Below are positions 22,026 to 32,700 of a stretch of DNA of 64,000 nucleotides, piece after piece; within the stretch, counting starts at the first letter, position 1, and each line of letters opens with the position of its first letter. Position numbers and translations under genes: made by a program. The notes under the pieces were generated by a model, which was not told the DNA's origin, did not search any database, and was given only the letters and a program-made list of their open reading frames with translations. Source of the DNA: Takakia lepidozioides (Eukaryota; Plantae; Bryophyta); assembly GCA_030704615.1 (NCBI GenBank), contig CM060731.1, positions 29,822,001 to 29,886,000 of the forward strand, in the 5' to 3' direction.

Positions 22026-24268
22026 GTTAGGTCTATCGGGATTGAGGATGAATAAGCAATGCACCACAAGAGTGCGAGACCAGTATGCTATCATGCTAGC
22101 AGAAGCCCGTGGAGAGGGTCCATGGCAGACCTTGTGATGGTTAGTTCCAAATGTAGCGTCGCAAGCTATGATGCGCGCATGGCCCAAGTCCAACATCTTT
22201 TGCCGTTGCCAAGGAGTCTGAATCCAAATGGTGAAGGTCAAATCTCCATCAAAATGTTGAAATGTGGGTGCCAATGATTCCTCCTGGTAGAAGAAGACCG
22301 AGTCCGGGTTTTGATCTTTCCACATACGCACGGATTGTGCGTCATCGGCGTGTTTTTTGAAGGTCTGCCAGGCTCGTTTTTCAGCGAGATTTCGGACATC
22401 TTGCTCGAGGATAAAGTCGTCGCGTGTCCATGCGTCTCCCAAGCCACTGTTCTGCATGACGTGCTCCTTGTGTTCAATCATGACTTGGGCGACACTCAAG
22501 CCTCGAGACAAACATTCCATGATCCACTTTTTGAGCTCCTCGCTAATATGTGGAGCATAAGCATATCGGCTGAACTGGAACTCAGAATATCCGCCATGAG
22601 AGGGTTTTCCGGACATATCCAGGTGTTGCATGTTGTTATAATATGTGATGACCCTAATGTCCGGAGCAAGATAACATTGCGAGACTTTGAAACAACAGAG
22701 ACACCCACGCTTGTAAGACTCGTCGTATTGGCTTTTCTTTCATCTTGGACCTTTGTGAGGATTACTGCTTCCAGCCCCAACGTCCGGACCTCCTCACTTG
22801 ACTTTAGGATCCGTGATAATCAAATTGTTGGTGCGCTTGTCCTCTGGTCCATAGCAACACTGATACCTGGACAAGGTCGTATGTCATCGACACCCATGGA
22901 GTTGTGCAAGCATGTAAGACAGCCTAAACCCTATCTACATATGATGCATGTACATGTCCGGCAAGCACAAGCACATGGCATGAACAAAGAGGCAGTGCGG
23001 GAATATGGTGTAGACATGACAGAGGTTAGATATGTATTAGCTCTTGGAGCTCTTCGCGGTCCGGGCTTCGCGTTAACATGCACATTTATATAAAATTGGG
23101 TGGAACACCTGTCTCTACTCTCCTCTCCAAGTACAAAGTCGGGCACGCTCTGCCAGGGAATACAGGCCGTGCGGACCCGCACTTAAGAGCCCATGTATCC
23201 AGAGCGACTCTCGTTCTTCCAGTAAAAGGTCTTTGCAGGAAATGACCCATCCTTTGGTGTTTGAAGACATTGTCGCAGTGGACGTATAAGAAAGCTTTCT
23301 GGTTGGGCATCGACGGCCGCTGCTATATACACTGCAGTACCCCTTCGCGCACTCGAAAGCACCTGCAATACGACCTGGAAAAGTGGAAGCGAAGGACGAC
23401 AGCACGCACGTTCTTGGCAGGACGGAAGCACGTTGGCAAGAACAGACCAGAGGGAGGAAAAGATCAATGAAACAGTCTTCGCCCACGATTGGCGGCGGCT
23501 GCCATGCCCTAAATCCGGGCGGCTACGATAACAGCGCGGCATCACGATGAGATGACGGCACATCATCTGGGGTGCGTTTGGGTCTACCGGATCGGGCTGC
23601 TTGGCGGCAGACCCCATCTCGGGCAGACCCACTGGGGACCCGATGGCGGGCGGACCCAGCGGCGAGGGCGGGCGGGCGGGCGGGGGCCGCGGTCCGGGGG
23701 CGGGCTGGGCGGCGTGCGGGTAGGGCCGCGGGCGGTTGCCGGGCTGCCGACCGCGCTGTGCGGCTGGCAGGTGGGGGTGGGCAGGGCGGGGAGGGCGACC
23801 CCGCGTCCGTGCGCCCTGTCCCACACGCGCGACATAAACTCCCAATTATTCAAAAATGAGAGGCCTTCATTACATCTCATCAATTATACATGTAGTAGTC
23901 AACATATTCCACCTAGATCACTGCAGATGCATTTATTTTTTTCAATATATAATTTTTTTGTTGCTACGTAGTGAAAGCCAGCGAAGATCATATATGGGAA
24001 ATTTTGGAATATTGATGTAACAACGTTTATCATGATCTTTACTTACGTTGATGGGCACACTTTCTAGGCGCTTCAGTCTTTGTTTCTCCATGAATCTATG
24101 GAACGACCAATAGTGGCGAGTCACTTGAGTTTATTGGATTCACCCCATCTCCAACCATTATTGTCCATTGCCTTCAGTTGTGTAAGTAAGTACAAGAACA
24201 TCATTGAGGTAATTAGGGTTTTATCATTTTATTGTATTGCCATTTGTTTTAGTTTTGCTTCATTTGTG

Positions 24269-24810
24269 TGTTGCAACAATATTTGACCTATTTTAACCTA
24301 CTATCTTACCATAAGACTAATTACACCATCTTTTTGGAAATCTTTGTCTTAGTATATAGCAAGATGATTCTGATTCTTGAAAGGCACAATAGAGGGTGCA
24401 AAGTCTCTCCGGCGGGAGAAAGGGTAGGCAACCGCACATGGGATGTGAGGTGCCCCCATGGGGGCATGGTGGCGGACGAGCAGTGGACTTCATAGGTGGG
24501 AACATTAAACTCTTGGGCTTTTTATGATACTAGGTGCTTCTGAGCTCGACTACTTAGTTCTTCTTGGTGTTTGGAAGTAAGGGAAAGTTTACTTGAGAGA
24601 GAGAGAGACACGACCTCACCCGAAGTCAACGCAAAATATGAGAGCCTCTTCCCTTTGTTGGTGTTGTTCTCTTTTAGGGGTGGGCTCTATAGTTTATCGG
24701 AAGTGGATTTGAGCATATGCCTTTCCATACAAGGTGAAGTTTGTCTTTGCCAATCCAGCTTCGGTGTATCATTGATCAAATGTGGACTTAGACAATTATG
24801 AGCATTGACA
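24269..24810. mobile_element. Possible solo LTR or TE remnant
   Basis: TG...CA-bounded segment of LTR-like composition. No TSD found. Confidence 0.25.
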
Positions 24811-25761
24811 ATTTGGCCATGTCGCCTTTCTTCTTAGAATGAAAAAGATTTTTTTTATTATGACCTCTGTAAGGTTATTTTTTCCTTGCTTTTAATTGAT
24901 TAACAAGGCTTCCGTACTACATACATAAAAAATTTAAAAAGTACATGGTTGCAATACTAAAGTTGTAATTTTAAATCCATGGTAGAATTGTCTCATATCT
25001 AAGTTGAGGAATAAATTAGGATTATTGTAAGAACGCAATGATTTGACGATGCTTTCACCCGATTTTGTTAGTGACTAATCCTTCGACGGGCCCTTGGCAA
25101 ATCGTCTCCACCCCCTCTTACCCCGGATTCACTATTAAATATTTTAGACTGCAAGAAGTTGGTAAGTAGCGGTTAGTAGTCGTTGGTAAGGTGATGGCAG
25201 TAGGTGGCAGGGTGCTTGCCCTCATACTTGATGAGTGGCTAATGTAACGCTGGGTTTGTGTAACCGGGTAGTGTCCCCCTAGGTCTTGTTCAACTCTTCT
25301 TAGTACATTTTATACTTAGCCAAATTTGAACTTAGTCAAATGCCAAGACCAAGTGTGAGTTACACCGATTGGGGTTACACTCCCATTGGTGTACTGCCGA
25401 GTGAAGTTACACTCCTTTATGTGTAATCCTGAGTGGAGTTTATACACTCCCTTCCATATAATCCAGTATCACCCGAGTATAGTTGCATTCCCGTTTAATC
25501 TAGTGTCACCCCTATTGGAGTTACACTCCACCCACTTCCATGTCACTCTCGAGAGAGGGTGGGGAAGATTTGCCATGCCGTACGGCGTGCATGAATTAAG
25601 TTCTTACATTATTCCTAGTGAACTTCTCCCTTTTGAGGAAAAAACTAGTTGAAAATAGTATAGGTCTAAACAAGTTTCTATTCAGGTAATTTCTTTTATA
25701 TATTTTAATTTCTTAGTCTGATTGATTATTCTATATCTTACCTTACTAATCTAGTCTACTA

Positions 25762-25852
25762 GAGAGAGAGAGAAGACTCCGGCCGAAGCCGGAGTAACTA
25801 AGAGCGACTTCGCAGTGCGACTTCTGCCCCATTTCGGGGGTGGGCCCTATAC
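25762..25852 (-). mobile_element. ~90-bp retroposed element (family C) with 3' hairpin and (CT)n tail
   Basis: 13-bp direct repeats ATCTAGTCTACTA at 25749-25761 and 25853-25865. Hairpin CTCCGGC-TTCG-GCCGGAG precedes the (CT)n tail. Confidence 0.7.
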
Positions 25853-25978
25853 ATCTAGTCTACTAATCTTACTTGTCTTCATTGATTCAAAAAACAAAAG
25901 CACATAATATGCTTAGCAATTTTTTGTTTTAGCAAATTAAAGTTCTTGGTTGCTTGCTTTCGCAGGTGCTTTTATTTC

Positions 25979-26588
25979 CAGTGTTGGTCAATTATCATTT
26001 TTTCCAAAGCTCATGAGGTTCAGGTTATACAAGTTGACTCACGCAGTAATAACCTCCGGTTCTAGGTGAAATATGCACATTGAATGAAGGTTATTTGCAG
26101 ATTACGGTTTTGAAAATTTGAACAATATGTGGTCAGGTTATTTGCCGATTCATAAACAAATCATAACCGGCGGTGATATTTCACATGGGGTCTTTGAAAT
26201 AACTGAAATATAACCTTCCTACCATCGATATATTGAAGTACTCTAGGTAGGCTACAGAACCTAGGCTTGCAGAACCTATCGCTCAGGTTCAATGTGCCGT
26301 ATCAACTTCAATGTACATAGTGAAAATAGGACATCAGAAGAAATGTACTATTTGCAGCGAAACCATAGCTACTATAACCGCTTCCGTCCACTTAAAAATA
26401 TCCAGGTCGGTTCTATGTCTTCAGATGCTATTTAATCACAGGTTCAGGGTGTTTCACCGGGTATGTACCGGTGGTGTTCAGTGTCCACGGTTATCTTTTA
26501 TGCTCATAACCTCCGGCTATGGTTACCCTTACCCGGCAAATAATCTGTAATTAACCCGGTGGGGGTCCCTGATAACCGACCAACACTG
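25979..26588. mobile_element. hAT-type MITE
   Basis: 11-bp TIR CAGTGTTGGTC/GACCAACACTG. 8-bp TSD TTTATTTC/GTTATTTC (7/8). Many GGTTA/TAACC subterminal motifs. Confidence 0.8.
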
Positions 26589-26737
26589 GTTATTTCCTAT
26601 TTCCGCTCCCTGTTCCTTCTTCTCACCCTTGGGCTTGTTCGCCGGCTGTGCCCATTGGACCACCTTGTTGATAGGTTTCTCTCCTCCTCCTCCTTCAAAA
26701 AATCTCAAATAGCAGAAACAACATAACACCACACCCT

Positions 26738-26808
26738 ACACGGCAGCAGGATTCGAACCCGGACTCAGCAGCGTGTGCTGCAGTATCCAGAAGCTGCACG
26801 GTGACACA
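26738..26808 (-). other. tRNA-like (SINE-head-like) sequence
   Basis: B-box GGGTTCGAATCC, A-box-like CAGCTTCTGG and short hairpins. The acceptor stem is imperfect, so it is not a canonical tRNA. Confidence 0.35.
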
Positions 26809-29722
26809 TAATTAGTGAAGCAGTGAGAGTGTGTGGTTGAAACAACAGCTGCGCGCAAGCGGCTACGGCGCGCGCACAATACACGTGGGCACGGCCAACC
26901 TACCCTCCCCTGCGCTCCTTTGCGTCGCCTGCGCTGCCCGGCCGGTACCGTCCGACGACGCTGCCACGGGATTCGGCATGCCTGCCTTCTCCACCCTTTC
27001 CCCAACCATCTCACGCGCCCGGTAATTCTTTTGTAACAGGTCTAGATAATGGACCCCGCTCGACCGTTGGATGCCTAGGTCGCGACTCCAATTTATCATC
27101 CAACGGGTATGGATGCAATCCCATCCAGCCTCGGCGCTGCTTCGTACGACGGAGACGATGGTGGATGACATCCGTCGTCCACGGCGGATGGAGCCAGTTC
27201 CTCGTCGAGATTGGATGAACAACGTTGCACGGGCCAAGGTCCGAAGGCTCGGGGATAGGTTCGGTGACGGGTCCGGGGGTTTCTCGGGTAGGAAGAATAA
27301 TTGTCCAAACGCAGGGGCAGCAGTTGATTGGCGGGCAGGAGGCCATACGAGGCTGTACGGCATGCCGCGCTGGCAGCATCGTGGCGCCGGCTCGCAGAGC
27401 GAGCGAGAGAGAGAGAGAGAGAGAGGAAGAGAGAAGAACAGAGAGAGGGTTGCAGTGTTCCGTGCCGAATTGGTCGTGTGGAGTTGGCAATGGTTGCAGG
27501 CAGGCACGCGTGTGACGATTCGAGATGTTTTGTTTGATTTTTTTGGATAAGTTTTGAATGGCATTTCGGTGGTGGTTAGCTACTGGGAGAGGGTGAGGCT
27601 GGTGAAGGTGAAGGTGAGCTTCTTGTTGCGGGAACGTGTCAAGTGATCGAAGCTGCGGTTTCTTGTTGGTTTCTGCGGTTGTTGGAGGAGATTCCTGAAC
27701 TTTTTCCGGCTTGTGTCCGTGTTGGTGTAAGTATTCATTGATCGAGTCTCATGCTCAGTTATCTGTTGCTTTTGCTGTTATCGGAGGGACTTGAGAGGGA
27801 GATCTTGTCCGGTGTTTTGTAACTTTTTCCGACCGCTGTGTGGTGGTTAGGTGTGGCCGGCGAAATTCAGCTTGTCTCTGCTGTGACTGTAGGAAGATCG
27901 AAACTGAAGTATTTTTTGCGCTTTCTTTGTTTGAAGTATTCTTCCAGCCGCTTGTGCGAGGTCTGTAGCTGGTTAGCTGTCCAGGTCGTTTAGATGCTTG
28001 GAGGAGGTCGGTTTGTGCTCCTTTCTGCTACGTCTTTGCTCTTACTATTGAGGAATCGTATCGAGGAATCGTCTTGGACTTGAGAGGGTTTTCTTATGGT
28101 TTGTTGCCATTGTTGCAGGTTGTCCTTTCTATCTTCCGTTTTTTCCTTGGCGAGGACATCTGCGGTTGATCTGGTGTTGAAAGAAATCAGCTGGACGGTC
28201 GTCTCTGTGGGTGGTTGTTGCGCGTTGATTACTTCTGCCGCAGCTTAGCTCGCTCTATGATGGCACTGTGGCTTTCCAGGGTTCTTCAAGGTTGTCGATC
28301 AGGGCATGGACAGGTTTTGAGTAACCTAGGCGGGCCTTTTTAATAATGCGTCGTCCCATCTCGCCAGCCTGCTGCACTTCCATAGTTTCCCAAAAGAAAG
28401 CAGAGTTTTGTTGAGGTCTGATCTGTGATACTCAAAAGGAGTTACGAGGCGTTCCCGACCACAAGTGGATACATTCCTCTTGAAAGAAGCGTTGAGTGGG
28501 TTAGGATAAGATGTAACTCAGGAGAAAGGCTTGGGCTGCAGATGTTAAGGCACTTGAGCATATGTGCCGAGGTGCCTGGATGGTTTTCTTTGCAGTATAT
28601 ACCTGGTCCGAGACATCTGCTTTGCTGCTAGTATGCCAGAGCTGCATCGCAAGGTCAACTGCTGGGGCTACTGAAGTGTTCAGTAAAAGCACCACTTTTA
28701 ATTCACATGGTTCTTGAGCTGAGCTGGTACCAATAGGAAGGATCATCTCGTCTGCACAATCCAGCTATTATCCATCCGCAAACTGTGGCTTACAGTTTAT
28801 AAGAAACATTACTATGGTGTGGTATGTTCAAAAGTATATGTCGGATTTGTTAGTTTGCCCATACTATTCTGGCATATGTGAAGAGTGGGTGTCTGAGGCT
28901 CCAGAGGTTTTGGCGGTAGGCCAACTGTTCTCCCAAATATTTGGCAGATTCACGCTGGTTCAGATTCCGCCTTTTGCGTGATTTCTTCTACAGGGCCCTA
29001 GTGATCACTTTGGGATAATTCGGAAGAGGAGATGACATTGTGCAGCCATTTTTGATTAGGCATCCTGGGTTGCAAGCCAAATTAGCAGGCCAGTTGTAAG
29101 ACTTATGTTTTTAAACTGGAATCCTCAGTGGCAGCTTGGTGATGTTGAGACAGGGGTTTGACAAGCTGGGGGCTAAAATGCCCTCTGAAACCTGTGATGG
29201 TATCTTGGATCTGGACAGCACATCATTGAGACAGCCTGAGCCAAGTAGCGAGCGGGTCATTCTCACCTTCCATTGGTGTGCAAGCAGAGCATGCCCTTAA
29301 AAGTTTGGACACTGGGGCTATATACTCTGTGGCCTCCACAGAGTCGTTTGGTTTTGTGAAGAGACAGAATGCAGCATGAAATGGGCCAGACCACTGTAGA
29401 CAGCCTTACTCGGCCGAGTCCTCCTTTCTACCAGCACCAGTTCTTTCCTGGTGGTGAGTGTTCTATCTATTCAGCTCTGAGTGTACCTACAAGTAGTTTG
29501 TACAGGTGTATTGGAATGTGAGAGACGAGTGGATCACATGTTTTGAGAGGGCATTACCGGTCATATGTAGAAAGCCCCTCCTAAGCTTTGATTTAGCAAA
29601 AGCCTGATTTATAGGACCTATGGCAGAGTTTAGGTTGACAATCTCTCTATTGTAGTGCCTTGTGCAATCATTGGGTGTAAAAACTGAAAGTTGAACACAC
29701 TGCAGGAGGTGGAAGGCAGTCA

Positions 29723-32700
29723 ATGCATCCAGACTGTCTGAGCCTTTCTGTGGACCATGCCGATGGACCCTGGTCATCTCCAACAAACTGGGACAGTAAC
29801 TCAGCACAAGGGGCAGAATACCCATCTCATAGCATAGATTGGGACATGAAAGCATGGAACTGGGACAGTGTGACGTTTGTAGCACAGCCTGCCTCTGGAG
29901 TGGCAGGAGGTTCAACAATTGAGGGAACAAGAAGGCATACTACCAATGGAACTGGAGGTAGCTATGTTCCTGAGATTGGTTTTAGGTTGGACAGTTCCTC
30001 AGTTGCTCCTGACCAAACACTTGGTGGCTTTTCTAATCATAAGGAGCATAGTGAGTCAGACCTTAGAAGTCAAACATTTTTTGGCAGTGAAACCCCCTCT
30101 CCACCTCTGAATGAGACCAAGACTTTCATGAGAGACGATGCCTCACCCGAGGAAGAAGATGGATCTCTCAGCCTGAAACTAGGAGGGAATCTGTACTCAT
30201 ATGCCGAGGACAGTGGTTCGCGGCGTGGGAAGCGATATCGATCTTCCTCTCCACAGGGCCAATCCCCCATGTGTCAAGTGGATGGTTGCAGAGCAGATCT
30301 GAGTAAAGCAAAGGATTACCATCGGCGCCATAAAGTCTGTGAGATGCATTCAAAAGCAGCAAAAGCACCAGTTTCACGCTTGATGCAACGTTTCTGTCAG
30401 CAGTGTAGCAGGTTTCCCTCCCACTCTGTTCCTCTTTCCTTGCTCACTTTGTGACCTGTTTTTTTCAATTTCTCAGAGCTGCTTGTTGAGCACTACTACA
30501 TATACTGCACACCTGGCTTGTTGACCACTTTACACCAATCGATGCAGCTTCAAGGCCCATGCTTCAGTGTTCCATTCTGACCGGGCCCTACTGTGTTAGT
30601 TGCTCTCTGTTGCAACCTCCTTTATGAGTTGGATTGATGACCAGAATACCCCTCAGAGGTGGATACTTGTATTGTGTGGAGGACATCTTTGGACTAACAT
30701 CTTACAGAGGCCTAGTCGGTTAGTCTGCTGGGTGCAGGGAAAATATTGTCTGCTTCAGGGTGCTGATTGATCAGACTGTGCGTGTGCAGATTCCATCCCT
30801 TGCCAGAGTTTGATGAAGGTAAACGGAGCTGTAGGAGACGACTGGCAGGACACAACAGGCGACGTAGGAAGACACAACCTGATGCAGCTGCTGCGCAAGC
30901 TTACTTGATGGCTGAAGAAGACTGGATAGGCAAAGGCTCAGGATTTCTTAGCTTCCTAAGTATTTTGTCCCAGTTGCAAGGTATGAACCAGTGCTTGGTG
31001 GTTATTTCATTTCTATCAAAACCTTTGGTTCCGGTTTCTTCAAGCTATTGAAGTATATGCCTATGTATAACCCCGGGTTTCGGTTAATAGCAAAAATCTC
31101 AAAGAACCGGCGGTTCTCATCAAAGAACTACAGGTCTTTTTGAAGGGTATTTGATTGGTTATTTCCAAATTAAACACCTGCAGTTCCCTACCCTTCCCGG
31201 TTCTTCATGTCTTGAGAACCTGTGGATAAGTGGTCAAATACGCCAATGGTAACCTCTGGGTCTCTGTTCAAAGAGCAAAGGACCTCCTAACAGGGCCTTC
31301 CCAGCTCTTTCCGCCTATTATCAGGGGGGAGTACACTTGATTTTCTGTGTAAATGTCTACTGTTTTGTACTTCGTACCTCTGGCAGTCTTTTGGCCTTAC
31401 TTTGTTCCTCATCCAGAGTTCTCCATTGTGTAAGCTCTGTCAGATGGATAGTACTACTATCAAATGGGTTTGGGGACTGATTGTGAGTGTAGAAGTTGAC
31501 ACAGTTGAGTAGATGTTAGTGTTCTGTGTCTAGTTAGTTGGATACAGCAGCAATGACTCCTGTGATACACATCTCTGTAACTTCTGTGTCCATCATGAGA
31601 TTACTTGCTCACCTAGGGCTTGTAAATTGGATGTCTTGTCTCCTCGTGCAGTACTGTCAGTATGTAATGTCTGTTTGCTGTATTTCTAGGGGTGTGCTAG
31701 CTTGGGCAGTTCAGTTTATGAAGAGTTTATATTTATCTTAACAGGATGGGAACAGCGGAAATGAATCATCTCAGTAGTGTGAACCATATAGGTTCACGTC
31801 TGTGATCATGATTCCAGAATATATTTTTGACAGATTGCTTGCAATTTGGTTATTTCAGCATCAAGCTCGTTGGATCGGGCTGTTGGTGCGGCGAATGACC
31901 GGGATGTGCTCTTGCAGTGCTTGAAGAAGGCGGGTTTTGCTTCTACAAGGTCGGAGGATTTGAGCAGAACAGTGCCGGCATGGATGCACATGAATTCTAA
32001 TGTTGATCGGCTACCATCAGGAGTGACCTGCCGAGCTGATCCACTGGTTCAAGCCACACCTTCACATGGGAATGTCTCCCAGTTATCTGTGGAGGCTCAA
32101 GCCCTCCTGTCCAGATTGACAGGTCCTTCAGCAGAAGCCCTATCCCTGCTGCTGCAGGGTAGCCTCAAGGGGGAGATGTCTGCAACAACAAGGGATAATC
32201 GGGATAACTTAGTGTCTAACCTGCAAGAGGGGGCTTGTGCAGGGCCCTTCACAGGTGCATCCTCCTCGGGTACTGAAGTGGTGAAGAATCAGGCAGGCCC
32301 GTCACACAGATATCTGGACCTTACCTCCTCTACATCTACATTCCCTCTTTCGTCTCCCATGCCTTCAAGGCCACCTGCGTCCATGGATGTTGGACAATCA
32401 TCTTCAAGGTTGGCCAGCACACTGCAGCAGCTGATTGCTGAGCAGTCAGCACGTCAGACTAACCAAACCCCTCCATGTGTGGGTCTATCTGGGCCTGTGA
32501 TGTCAGCCCCAGCAGTGCAGGTACAGTTGGCACCACAGACCGCTGTTGAGAATAGAAGCACTGTTAGTGGGATGCCTGACAGGAGTCAGGAACATGACAG
32601 GGCAGTCGGATCCACAGTGGACATTGAGAGGCAGTGTGTGTCGCTCGCAGACCACAGTATGAGGTTATCCCGCGAATCTCTCTCATTCCATCCTCACGGC

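Larger units (their letters stand above)
20711..23310 (-). pseudogene. MULE-like DDE transposase pseudogene, copy 1 (At1g60560/At4g13970-like), C-terminus deleted
   Basis: Exonic pieces IPWQSVPDFVLGEE, CCYGPED, KRGCLCCF, DDAQSVRMW..NPDSVFFYQE, IQTPWQ..M..GH..IACDATFGTN, FPLYTLIVFD..NGIPVAY, FIVDD..AEINAIR, LCLWYVRKGW, DTNANIEAYH, RRVDWLI. In-frame stops are present. Family recognised from memory. Confidence 0.75.

Noticed and set aside
22311-23093. 260-aa plus-strand ORF
   Set aside because: Antisense shadow of the MULE exon.
23183-23971. Long Pro/Gly/Arg-rich ORFs on both strands
   Set aside because: A by-product of very high GC content with no recognisable domain.
26736-27564. Overlapping 100-230 aa ORFs upstream of SPL
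   Set aside because: GC-rich promoter/leader with a (GA)n tract and no protein motifs.
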